From Harriotta raleighana (taxonomy: Eukaryota): a DNA stretch of 64,000 nt. A model generated the notes under the pieces. That model was given only the letters and a program-made list of their open reading frames with translations. It was not told the origin of the DNA and searched no databases. Shown piece by piece: positions 37,905-50,870 of this stretch (the stretch's first letter is position 1; each line of letters begins with the position of its first letter). The stretch is from positions 8,622,302 through 8,686,301 of the forward strand of contig JBNZDD010013726.1 of the NCBI GenBank assembly GCA_050575255.1. The letters are read 5' to 3'. The translations under genes were made by a program, and so were the position numbers.

Positions 37905-38040
37905 AGGTGGAAGCTACAATCAGCCTCAATATCCCTTTGCTAGGAAGTGAACATTTTGTCAGACTTCCTGCTCCTAATTCCTGTCCAGTCACCCCTGCTG
38001 GAAAATACGAGTGGGTACGCAGTGAAAACAGGATCAAGTT
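37905..38040 (+). mobile_element. Ancient SINE, AmnSINE2-like fragment
   Basis: gctacaatcagcctcaatatccctttgctaggaag...ttcctgctcctaattcctgtccagtcacccctgctggaaaa...gtgaaaacaggatc. Confidence 0.55.
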
Positions 38041-39764
38041 TATCTTTATCAATCAAATACTCTACAAGCGTCAACAATACCGTCCTGATTCACATTTAAA
38101 AGATGCAAATTGGGCGAGCCAGCTGAGGGGTGGGGGTGAAGGAAGAGGCAAATTGGATTTGTAGAATTGTACACTGAAAAACTACGAGTTTTGTTTGCAT
38201 GGGGAAAAAATGGAAAAGGCTTGTAAATGGTAGCGACCTTAAGAGACAAAGACCTCCAGAAAGTAGGATTAAAGGCATTTATGGTTGATAATCACTGACA
38301 TTCCACTTTTTCGCACCAATCTGTGAATAGATTAGATGTAAATAACATATAACTGAACCAGATACAGTATATGCTAAGTATCAGAAGAAAGTAATATTCA
38401 CAGATATTCAACAACGAGGATGTAGTTAAGGGGAGATTTTGTATAAACATAGCCGTATAATCGTGGACAGTGAAGTGATTGGGAGATGATTTACATACAA
38501 CAACAAAATTACACTTGTATAGCAACTTTCACATCAGAAAGAGGTACATACATGCATATGGCTGGCTCACTTTGAAGTCACAGCTCCTGGGGACTTTGAG
38601 TAAAGATTGCTAAAAGTAGTATGACCGATTCAGTCAGTTTGGTAAGGTTTGGTAAAATCAGTGTCATAGCGTAGTGAACGCAATCAACAGTGAAAGGCTT
38701 GGAAAGCTGCATGGTCTGAATTAATGATGCAGCCTCAAACTGCACCAGTCACCAATTTCCTGCCATTAATCAATAACAAAATGAAAAGTGAATCAAACAG
38801 GTCTGAGATCATAAGCAAATCCTTCAATTCAGACCATTCCATTGAAATAAATTAGACATTAAGACCGAGGTAACATTTCCTTAGATTTCCACCTGGTAAA
38901 GGAAAGCACACGAACTTGTTTATACCTTCCCATAATAGAAGCCACAGTGTTCTACTATATTGCTGCTTATCTGACTGCATGGACATCCAAACCACTGGAA
39001 TGTAATCCATGAATATGACTTCAGCCTGTTCACGCCTCCAAGACCTCTAGTGAGGCCCACAGAGTAGTTAGCGGCATTGTGATGCTTGGCACAGTCTTGT
39101 CTGCAGTATCTGACACCGCTGAGATACATTCATTTGCAAAAAAACAAGTGGTGAAGCTCATGCAAATTAACAATTTCTGGGCAAAATAACAATTTTCCCC
39201 CCCATTTCATCAAGCTGTTTGGGGGTCTGGCCTGATTGAGGCCGTGAGTAATTCAAAGCATTTCAAACCTCAGTGCTTACATTCGATGCCTTTGGTGAAG
39301 AGCTGTTAAAAAGTGTCCTTTCATTCTGTTAAACTAACTAAAAGAAGGATGCAGGATGAGGAGAGACATTACTAAGGCAGCTATTCACCACCTATAACCA
39401 TTTCTGGTCAGACCATGTCTGTTCTATCCACTAAGCAAAATACCCCATTTCTAAAAGGAATCTGAAACTGCTCCGGATGGGAGAGGCATACAAAAGGCCC
39501 ATAACATTCAATGTGTCAAGATGCAGTGGTCGGATTTTATTAATCTGTTGGCTCAGTGCTAATTAGGTTGAACAATTGCTTGGATATTTATTAGGTTGAA
39601 TATTTATTACGCTTTATGTGCCAGACATGGCCGATTTAACGTGGCTTACCACAGCTCAAGAGTGTTCACTCCAGATCAAACCTTTGTCTTAAGTGTTTGG
39701 AGTGAAGCATCAATACAAATCTCAGTATTAAAGATAGCCCTAAGCATAAGTGTAAATAATAGGT

Positions 39765-40130
39765 GTGGCTTCGTTGGTAGCATTCTCGCCTCCGAGTAAC
39801 AAGGTTGTGGATTCATTTCCCACATCAGGACTTCAAACACATATAGTCTAGGCTGATACTCCAATGCAGGGCGAACAACCAATGCAATGCTGGAGGTATG
39901 TTGTTTTGCTGGAGATGCCATATTTGGGATGAGACGTTAAACCAAAATCCTACCTGCCTGTTCAGTGGACATGAAAGAAAGCAAGACACTATTCGAAAAG
40001 AGAAGGGAGTTTCTCCTGGGGTTCTGCCCAACAATCTTCCAAATAAAAACCAATCCATTCACTTCATGGTTATTTATTGGAGACTTTGCTGAAGGCAAAT
40101 TGTCAACAACACAATTAGTGGCTACACTTT
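39765..40130 (+). mobile_element. Deu-SINE (SacSINE1-like)
   Basis: gtggcttcgttggtagcattctcgcctccgagtaacaaggttgtggattc...ggatgagacgttaaacc...gttcagtggacatgaaaga...gggagtttctcctggggttctgcccaaca. Confidence 0.8.
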
Positions 40131-42404
40131 GCAGAAAAAGGCTATACAGTATGTCAAAAACAAGGGTTAACATTAGTACGGTACTGTACTATAAAAAACA
40201 TAGCTGACAAAACCACAGAAAACACTTTCTAAGTTGGTGCATAACAATGCTATAAATGTAATAACCCAGCCCGAACTAATGTCATTAGTTTAAAGCTTGC
40301 ACAATTTCAAGCCAAATGGAAATTTTTACCACAACCCGATAGGAGTCATGTGAAAGCAACGCTTTCCCCTCCTCTCTGCTGTCAGTAGATTAAACAAAGC
40401 ACAGACTATATCCCTTTAAAATCCTATTCTGGAAAAATCTTCTGATCAGTTAATGTGCTTGTACAGAATTACCCTTTTATGCAGGTGACTGTAAAGTACA
40501 TAAACTGCTGCTATGTGTGACATTTGGAGCTGCTCTTTCTCAAGACTCTGAAAGGGCATCTTTTCCCTCTAAAACAGCAGGTTTACGTAATGTCGATTTC
40601 CTGCCCTTCTGCTCTTTTCAAGATGATGACTCTGTGTAGGGAGAGCACATTGACGGGTACAAGCCTTGCTCTGGTAACTCGTGTCAAAGGCTTTTCGTTA
40701 TTCATGAGCCAAAATTAACGGCGTTGACAGGCTATTCACACAAGGTGTGTTCTTTGCATCCCCAATCGTGCTCTCACTGAATTTCGATCAGCTGTCCAGT
40801 GTCACCAGACAGCAAAAGAGAAGTGAAATAGCGGCTGATCTCCTGTGCGGAAAAAGCCAGAAAAAATAGATCTCTCTTTTTTGGGGGGAAAAAAAAAAGC
40901 ACTGCTTAACTCCGGGACACCCATCCGCATTGAACAGTGACGCAGAAAAAGAACACATGGAACGGAATAGTGAATTATGGTAAATAAACCTCTTGTGGTG
41001 TGAATGACACAACGTAACATGGAGACTGCTGAACCTGAGTTATGCACCATACGACCTCTGAAATATTTTTCCATAAGCCGTGCCAATGTTTATCTGCTAT
41101 GTCACATATACAACATTGAAAACATATTTTTTTTCTGGCCCTGTGGAAATAACCTCACACTTTTCAGGCGAAGCGTCTGCTAAAAACAACTTTTGTCCAT
41201 CAGCTAACTCTGTCCTCCCATAGTCAGCTGAGCAAGCCCAAACAGTAAAGTATGATTTCAGCAAGATATTAATCTCAGTAACATATCGGGCTCACTCTGG
41301 GGTCTAATGTACTATTAAAGCCTAAAATAGCAATCTTTTTGACTGATTACTTAGCAAGGGATTTCCCTGTATTTTACATGTATCGCTATCAAACTGGGAA
41401 TCCAGCCAGAAGACCCCTTTGAGTTGGGGCCCTGTGTGGCTCACATCACATAGGAATGAGTCTCTCCTTGAAGCAAGACACGAGAAGGGGTGGTCTGCTT
41501 CAAGGAGACTTCCCATCTGTCAAAAGTGGCAAACTAGATTTCACATCCACACATTTTAAGCACAGGTTTAAACAAAATAAATTGCTGGAGCAGCACAGAA
41601 AAGCTGGAGAGAAATGAATCATGGCCCACGATGTGATTGCATCAGCTCTTCGTTTATTGCACCTCAGAGTAGATGTTCGTCTGCAATCACGGATTACTCA
41701 ACTTAGATACATACTGTGTTCCATTACGGCAAATCATGCCTACAGAATTGCTTTGCGAGGCGTCCTGGATAATAATGAATCCCGCTTAGGCCAGTAAAAG
41801 ATGTATGGTCCATGTTGAATCAAGCTGAATTCAAACTCAGGAGAATTGCAGCTCTAGGCCAAGTGTTTCTCGGCTATAATATTAAAGGAGGTCAATAAAT
41901 GAAGCAAGGTCCATGGGAAAACTATTCCTGGTCTAGTACGCAATCTCCAAATCAACACACAGCAGACTTCTGAATGTACAGTACTCTGAATTTGCTTTTA
42001 GTTTTAAAAAAAAACATCAAGGCAGATACTGCTGAATATTCTTGGAAGGAACTCCAGAATATGAAACATTTCCACCAGAATCAAGTTGAAAATGATTTTC
42101 TTGAATTACGGTACCAAGAACAATACAATATAAATTCCTATTCAATGACTAATCTGGAGGAGTGATTTAAGTTAGTGTTGGTATACTCGAAACATGACAG
42201 CAGTGTTTGAATTGCAGTGTGTGAACATTTGTGTCAATGAATTGTTGCATCAGGTCTCTCACTGTTCAGCATTATACTCCCAAAATACCCAAAGGTGATA
42301 TTACAGACTAGAAAATTCCATAATGGAATTTTGATAGTTACGACATGTCATTTTAAGTTGATTATTTTGAGTTTTCAATATATTATGATCAATTTGCTGA
42401 AGAG

Positions 42405-42690
42405 ATAATAATAATCCTTGCATTTGATATAGATTTTTCACATCAGGAGGCCATCTCAAAGCGTTTCGCGGGATTTACAGTAGCGTCATGATTATATTTC
42501 ATCAGAATAGCAGCAGTACTTTGAACACCGCAAAGTTGCACAAACAGCCATGAAGTGAATGACAAGTTTTATACAAGTTTTACTGGGATACCATTTCTCT
42601 TCCCTTGATGAATAATGCCACAGAATCCTTAACGTCCACCTGAACAGTCAGACAGGACCTCAGTTTAACATTTCATCCAAACGATAGCAT
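42405..42690 (-). mobile_element. Deu-SINE 3' part (old)
   Basis: ataataatccttgcatttgatatag tail; aatgccacagaatccttaacgtccacctgaacag...ggacctcagtttaacatttcatcc. Confidence 0.7.
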
Positions 42691-45459
42691 CTAAAACTAT
42701 TCAGCGCCGACTGGCATGGTATTGGGAGTATGAAAGAACTGAAGTTTCCTATAATTGGATTGAATACACCTTAGTCTGCACTTATATTGATTTTTAGTGG
42801 AACATTTCAGAACCCAGGATTTGTATCTAGGTTTCACCTTTCACTAAGTATACCATCACTCAATTCTGAAGGGTTGCTGCATTCATATCATTGCATGCTG
42901 TTCATTCTCAGTCAAACTATATTTTAAAATACTGCAAATTCAGAAAAACTACTGCTGTATACAGTATATTGCTACTTTTCTACCTCTCCCCTATTAAATT
43001 GTTTTTAATTTTCTTCCATCAGTGTCCCTCTTCTAAATTCACAATCCGTCTCCTTCTTTCCCAAGCTCCGTGTCTCGCTCGCTCTTCCACCAACCATTAA
43101 TTTCCGAGTTGGCCCCACCTCACCTAATTCTCTCTCTGGGCTCAGTTGCTGATGCTTTTTACTTTCTCAGCCCTCAAAAGTAGTTTCAATTTGCCCCATC
43201 ACCTGCCTCCCAGTACGTAGTCCAGTAAATTCAACCCGCTTTCACACAAAAAACATGTATCTGGTGTGATATAAATAGGACAGATGGTAGGTCTTTGGAG
43301 TTACTTACAAGTAAGACAACCGTGAGTCACACAACAATATTCGTTAAGCAGATAACGGAAGCCTGCTTTTATTCAGTGGCTCACTCCTTCACTGAAATCA
43401 TCACTGACGTAGAGCAAAACAAGACCTTCACATATGCAGTCATTTACATGTGTCAAGACAGTGCCTGGAGATTGCTTAAGCAACCCTGCTCAGTGTATAA
43501 TCTGCCACAAGACCTCTCCACCTACATGGAAATGTGCACTTTCTCCCCAGAGGAATTCCACATTGCTTACCAAATTCTGCTGAGTATTAGACGTAAATTG
43601 GCAAGAGCCAAGGTTTGGGGAGACTGTAGTGGGTGTTGGAACATCCCTAGATTTTAACAAACTGAAGTTGACACTAAGAGCACGATCTGGCAAGCTGCCC
43701 ATTGCTTGGCCAGCTAAGACCATCATTATGGCTTTGGCTTGCAGTACTACAACAACAACAACAAGAACAACTTTGATTTATATAGCGCCCTCCACGCAGG
43801 ATGGCATCTCAGAACGCTTCAAGGGGCTTAGGAGGCGGATGGGAAGAATACCTGTCAATTAAACAGATTGGCTAGACTGTTTTCACCAGTGCCCTGGAGT
43901 AAAACGGACCAACCATCTCAGGATCTATGCTACTGAGACATCCAATACAAAACAAGTTGACTTATTCCGACATTACGTTGCCAAGTAACAAATTTTGCAG
44001 CCAGCCAGCACCAAGATGAGGTACTGTAGTTGGAATATTTTTGAACAATGCAAACATTTATATTGCTTTCAGTTGTAATTAGCTGAATTCACTGTGGAAA
44101 CATAAGCTGTGCAGTTTGCACAGAAGACTCGCAAGAAGCAGGCTTTTAAAAAAAACTCACTTGGCAGTATCGTCTACACAGAAATGTTACCGTTAATAGG
44201 ATTGATGAGTGGAAATACAAAACAGAATAACCCATAAATCAGGCACTGATTGTCCATCCTTTGAGGTATCAGCAACCAATCCATCAGAGTGGAGGGAGCT
44301 ATACAAGCTACATCGCGTGTTTCTATGATACGCTTGATCCAGCCACTGCCATTGCTTCTCCACTTAGATCTTTAGTTTATAGCACATGTCAATGTCAATG
44401 GTGGACGTGTTTGCTGGACGCTTTCACTCTTTCAACATGTTGGGAGCAAATGAATAGCACCAAATGGTATTTCAAATTCAAGGACGCAGCCCATTCACTT
44501 CTGAAGGTTATAAGTTAATTGTGCAGCATTTTGCTCCCAGTCTACCAGTAACTAAATCCCTTGCAGTGCACGGGAAGATAATTTAAAAACTTCCATTTCC
44601 GAAAGTTACAGATCAAAATGTATTCTTTACTCCCAAATCCCATTAGCTGAAACCCTTATATGAGAAGGGCAACTTCATTATAAGTTAAAAATACATTCAA
44701 AAAGGTATCAACGCACATGTAGTGTGTGGGTACAGTGAACAGGTCATCATCTTGTCAAATTCTGTCATTGTATCAGGACTTTCTCTGGATCTCTAAAGCA
44801 CTTTGGGGACGAATTTAATGTAGACAAGGGATTTGATTGGCCAAATGAGCAGATATTTATGGGAATTCAAAACAATGTATTCCTAGACAAGCTTATGAGA
44901 TCAATGGTGACTTGGTAATGTGCTCTATTCACATAATGCACAATTATAATGAATGGTCCGGCAGGTTTTGTGCTGGATGTTCAAGCTGATTAAAATGCTC
45001 AGCTGTGTCAAACACTCTGATCAGGTCTCAGTCCCCCAATTCCAACCTAAAATATATTTGGGCTATTTTAAACGAGAGACACATCTTGAATTAGTGCAAC
45101 TTCTCCTACATTAGCTGGACAGGGATTGGACTGAGCAAAATTACAGTCCCTACTAACCCTTGATCAACAGCATTCCCACCTGAACTCAGGTTTAAAGAAG
45201 TTATGAAAATGTGTGTGGGAAGAAGTGGCAAGCTGAGTCCTATTCCGTTATAAATAATGCCACAGACCAGTAACCAGCATTACAACATCATTTGCATCCC
45301 TGTGTCACATATTCAGCAATGAAAAAAGATGTCTTATGCTTTTTGATGAATTTATTTTCATGTAACACTAAAATCAGATTGATGGAAAGGCTTCAAGAAT
45401 TAACCAGCTAAACAGCATCACAATTGCCTACATTTTCCTGTAGTTTTAGGTGTCTGCAT

Positions 45460-45695
45460 GACTTCGTTGGTATCACTCTAGCCTCTGTGTCAAGAGGTTG
45501 TGGGTTTGATTCCCATTCCGGGACTTTGATCTCACAATGGAGGCTGACTCTGTAGTCAGGTCAGTTGTGTTCTCAGCAGTTGTGTACTTTATATGAAATG
45601 TTAAACCAAGGTCCTATCTGTTTGTTCAAATGGATGTGAAAGATTCCACGGCACTATTCAGAAACAAAAGACAAAACAGTTGTCCTGGCCCGACA
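45460..45695 (+). mobile_element. Deu-SINE (SacSINE1-like)
   Basis: gttggtatcactctagcctctgtgtcaagaggttgtgggtttgattccc...atgaaatgttaaaccaaggtcc...tggatgtgaaagattccacggcactattc. Confidence 0.75.
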
Positions 45696-48474
45696 AGCAT
45701 TATAAAGTCACCAATACTGTTCTCCAGTATGTGTGTTCCTGTTAGTGGGCTTGTGTTAACCCTGAGGAATCAACATAAAAGTGGCCTCAAAACATGAATG
45801 GGATTTGCACATTCATTACATTTGGCTTCTCCTAATGGAATATTTCCAGAATTGTTACAAGCCATCAGCTAAGAGGCTTGCTTTCGCTCTTGTGCCTTTC
45901 CATTTCATCTGAAAATGCCTTGACAGGCGACCACAATGAATACAACACTGCATTTTTCTGGCAATGGTCGAGTCACAATGTTGCTTAATGCACTGAGATT
46001 TGAATTTCCAAATTTAAAAAAAGCTGATTCTAACAGGTTGTCTTGTTTTTTAAAAAAAGATATCAGCATTCTATTAAATTTTCACACTTCATCTGGAATA
46101 GGTCATTGAAAAAAACACTCAATGCACCCAAAAAGCGAAGTAGGCCAAACTAAAAAGTCAATTAAACACATGATCCCTTGGGTGTGGAAGCAGGATACGA
46201 TGGAATAAAAGTATAATATATGTAATTGAATTAACCTGCTCATGTGAAACAACAGGTTTGAAACAGAGCCAGAGGGAACAACCTTTGACCAAACTGAAAA
46301 TAGCTAAAGGGGGCCAAGCTGCTGATTTGAAGCATGCAACTATGGTAAATAGACTTGAGAAGTGTTACGTTTGAAAGTGGATCTTCAGCAGTCAGTATCT
46401 CAGCACAAAACTGTGATAGCAAATACCAGACATCCTCCGATAAAGAGAAATATTGGCTTCCTCTGGCTTTTAAATCGAACGTGAACCACTGAATCTTAAA
46501 TAATAAGTACTGTATTTTGGTTTTGTTCAGGTCGTTTTATCGGATTTACATTAGAACGTGTTCCATTTATTCCTTTCCCCCATAAACTGGAACGGGATGT
46601 TGTTCATGGTGAATTTCAGCAATTTGTTGTGATTATGTTTCAAGAATTCTATTTCGAGGATTAAAATGGAGCTTCTAATTGTTCAAACACACATTTGGCA
46701 GAGCCTGCCAAGCAAAATGAACTTGTATTTATTAAATGACTAAGGTCAATATGAACTTTCAACATTTTGCCTCTGAGTGGAAAGGCAAGCATGAGTAAGA
46801 ACACTCCCAATTGCTGGAGGATTAGATCTGTTTCACTATTGCACTGAAGTTGACACATTGAATGCGTAGATGCTTTATGATTAATCCGGAAGAAAAGGGA
46901 CAATTTCAACTGATGTAAAGCTGTTTAAAAGTTTATTTACTCAGGCAAACTTTTTACATTCAATAACGCAGTGATGACTGGTTGTACTCATAATTGGAAA
47001 TCAGATTGCCCAACCCACCAAGATGATCAATTACCATGAATTTCTGTGAAGTGCTTTGAAATGTCTGGATCTGATAAAGTGATATCAAGGCAAGAGCTAA
47101 TTTTATTACCAACAAATATGCTAGCAGGAAAGCTGGTATTAAACTGCTCTACATTCTGGAAGACTTAACATTTGAAAATGTTCAGTTCCAACAAGTTGCA
47201 CTAAGATGCTGTCCAAACTCTCCCCTTTCAATTCCTAATGTCTCTAGTTTTGTCAATGTAGCAATGGAATAATATCATTGCACAACAGAAGTGGATTAGT
47301 GGTGCCTGAGCACGAGAAGGAAGCCCCTTGGTAATGTACACAAACGATCATACATAATGCAAACTGGATAAGAAGGTTGCAGGCAGGATGGATTCGGGAA
47401 AGAACATAAGGAACATTGAACATCAAAAGGTCAACCAAACGATCAAAGAGTGGAACTCCCTAACACATTTAACCTGGGTAAAAAGTTCATGAAGTTTCTT
47501 CCTGTAAATCAAGCAAAGTAAATACATTTTCTCCCAAAGTAAATCAAGCAAAGCTCCCAAGTACACATCTAACTGCAACCAGCATGATAGCTTGCTTTTC
47601 ACAATCCCCCAAACTGAAGAGCCATCACAATTGCTTCAAAGCAATTCTTCTATTTATCTCTGCATTCCACAATCCTGTCCATATTTAAAGCATTCATCAA
47701 ACTGTTTTTCTAAAGGTGTTAATTGTCAATGGCATGAACTGCTGTGGCTCCTTGAGTCCAAAGGAAGCGAAAAAATCCTTCTAACTGCAAATCTGGCTCT
47801 TGGTTAATTTTATCCTCGTGTTCCCTATATCTATTTTTTAATCTTATGTTCTTAGGTATACTTTCTGTTTTTATGACAATTCAGATTTTATTTCTTGATG
47901 CTCATTGTTCACTACTGCTATATTAAGTAACACAAGCCCTCATTGGCTGATGTGTCTGAAGAGGCATGCATCAGCACAAATTGGCATGAATGTCGAGTTC
48001 AATATGAAATCTTATACTGAACAGTTATGCCTTTTGTTATGTTAATTAACATTGCTTCGCACAACGCTTACTAGCCTTATGAGTTGAAAACCTGTTATTG
48101 GCAGCAGGGTATTTACAATAAATAACAAAAATAAATAAGTATTTATCTTTGAAGAAAATGTACGCCATGAATGCCTGGTGTACTAAGTGGAGATCTATGT
48201 CTATCAGTTATTTTCTTTACTATGAGACACTACGCTGTATGGAGGATACAAAATCAATGTAACTTGTTGTTAACTAATCATTCAGAAAATCTTCAGTTGG
48301 ATAATTTTACATTTCATGCCAGCTCTTTAGTGCCTTGTTAACTATAAAAGTGTTTTCCCATTTATTGGAGATGTTGCATTTGCAATACTCTTGCACTCAT
48401 ACATTTCAGTACCTGATATGAATCCTGGCCCATCACCTCTGATCTTGTGAATTTTCACATTAATAACCATAATC

Positions 48475-48712
48475 CAGGCAGGGGCAAAACCCTGGCCAAG
48501 TTTTCATGCTCCACATGCCTAATAATAATCCCTCAAAAAAGCAATTATAAATTGGTCATTTCAATCCACGACTGTTTGTGGGACACTGCTGTGTGCAATT
48601 GGTTCCCGCATTTCACCCACAAATATACAGTCGATTCACTTTACAGTATATTCTGCGAAGCACTTTGAAATATCTAGAAGAGGTGAAAAACGCAATATCA
48701 AATGCAAGGATA
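48475..48712 (+). mobile_element. tRNA-derived SINE, 5'-truncated
   Basis: caggggcaaaaccctggccaagtttt...gggacactgctgtgtgcaattgg...atcaaatgcaaggat. Confidence 0.88.
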
Positions 48713-49509
48713 GAAAATATATTGAGACTACTGTATATTGAAACTAATCAATATACAGTAGTCTCATTATATTTTCTATTCTGCATTTTATCTCATCCAG
48801 ACTGCACTGAAAAGTCCCAGCAAGCCAGTAACCAAGTTAAGTTTGTATAATCTTCGGATGTGCCGAGCTCACACAAAGATTTCTTTTTCCTCATAGAATG
48901 CAAGCTTGAATTTATTTCAAAATCTGACAAACTCACAATGAAGACTTAATCGCTGCGATACACAAGGCAGATTTCATTGCCGATGACAGTAGATATCACT
49001 CAGGTGCAAGAAAAGTCAACATTGCCTGCCTCTACAAGCTCTAATCTTCATTCACTCACACGTGGTTTTGCATCACTCGTCTCAAGATTGGTGTGAAAAT
49101 CACATAAAGCAGACACTGAAAATCACCGATCTGAAAGTAAAATAGCTATTGGCATAGTATTCGAATTTGTAATGCTATAACTTTAAACAAGCTTTTTTTA
49201 ATGTTCCAGATTTATTACACTCCATGACAAGTGACTTTTATACATTGGCGAAACTGTTATTGTACGCACTGTTTTTATTTTTAATAAAGGTTTATTTACA
49301 CTGTTATAAATAAACATCTGAATGAAGTGGTTCCATTGGTAACTATCATTTTTGGAGAATAAAGAGTGCATTGTTTTCTGTTGCTGCAAGTCTATAAATT
49401 ATTGCTGCCATTTGTATTCAGGTTGGAATAATTAGAGCTCAAATCATCACTGCCCCACTCACCAGCACCCAACACACTCTGTGCGGGCATGTGTGTGATT
49501 GTGTGCGTC

Positions 49510-49668
49510 TCCACAACTGTTTGTGGGACATGGCTGTGCGCAATTGGTTGCTGTGTTTCGCCCACAAAATATACAGTCAATTCACGTTACAGTAAATTTT
49601 GTGAAGTGCTTTGTGACTTCTAGAAGATGTGATAAGGAGCCATATCAAATGCAAGGATTATTATTATT
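49510..49668 (+). mobile_element. tRNA-derived SINE, 3' half
   Basis: ccacaactgtttgtgggacatggctgtgcgcaattgg...atcaaatgcaaggattattattatt. Confidence 0.88.
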
Positions 49669-50644
49669 AAAAACAGATTTGCAGCTTGATGACTTAGCCA
49701 ATCAAAAGTGCTTTCTACTTTCTCCTTCACATAGTTTCTATAATGAGCACATATAGATTTCATTTAGCTTGCACATGAATATTTCCTTCTCCCACAGAGT
49801 AATGTGTGTGTGGAGCATCTTTCTCACTAACATAAGCCAGATGTTTCTCAAATCTATTCGGTTTTCGAAAAAGTCAGTTGAGTTGTTCCATCGCACTCAG
49901 TAGGCCATTAAATAAATTCCAGAATGAGTGGATAACTGAGTATAGGACTCAGTTTGTTACTTGCCAGTGATTTAATATGAAACAAATCAAGGAGAAAAAA
50001 CATTAGGATTCTAATGTGGAAACTGGGCTCTCTCCCCTTCCAGAGCCGAGACTACAAATGACAGTCACTCGTGTAAAGCTCGGGAGTCTGCACTCCACAG
50101 AATGTGTGGTGCTACGACTATACATAAGTCACTTTTCTGGCCCCACATAGGTGAATCTGAAGGTTGAATCACTGAACAGCTTCAGACCTTAAACTTACCG
50201 CAGCAAAACCTGAAATTGGAAAGGTTTGTGTGGTAAATGATATCTGGAATATAGTTAGTACGAAAGCCAACTACTCTGATTTTGAATTCCACCAACAAAG
50301 CTTAATAAAGTGGTCTTTAGAACAGTGTTTGTATTTTTCTTGTGTATTTTGGGTTCCTACAACAGTACTATGTCTCTAACCACATGTACACTGCAGCTAC
50401 TTAGTTTTAAGAGGTCTCTGACTTTCTCTCCCTCGGAGTAAAGTATTTCCCTGAACTGCAAGAATCACAGTTACCAACAACAACCAACAAAAATTACATT
50501 TTTAAAATTAGAATTACAACTTAAGCTCTGTCACTTTGCAGCACAATAGTTTAATGTAGTCGAAGGCAGAACAGTCTTACCAGTCAGCACTTTAACACCA
50601 CCAACAAACCACACAACACACACACAGATGATACCATCAGAACA

Positions 50645-50870
50645 ATAACCTCTGCATTTGACATCGTATATTTTAGTCAGGAGGATTTCTCAAAGCTCTT
50701 CACAGGAAGTACTACTATAAGGTGCTGTGACTGCATTATGTAGGCCAATGTGGCAGCCAATTTGCATACAGCAACTCACCAACAGCAATGAAGTGAACAA
50801 ACAATTTTATCTGGAGGATTATTGACCAGGACATTGGGGGAAACTCTATCTGCTTATCGAACAGTGCCAA
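50645..50870 (-). mobile_element. Deu-SINE 3' part (old)
   Basis: ctgcatttgacatcg...gtggcagccaatttgcatacagcaa...ggattattgaccaggacattgggggaaactc. Confidence 0.7.
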
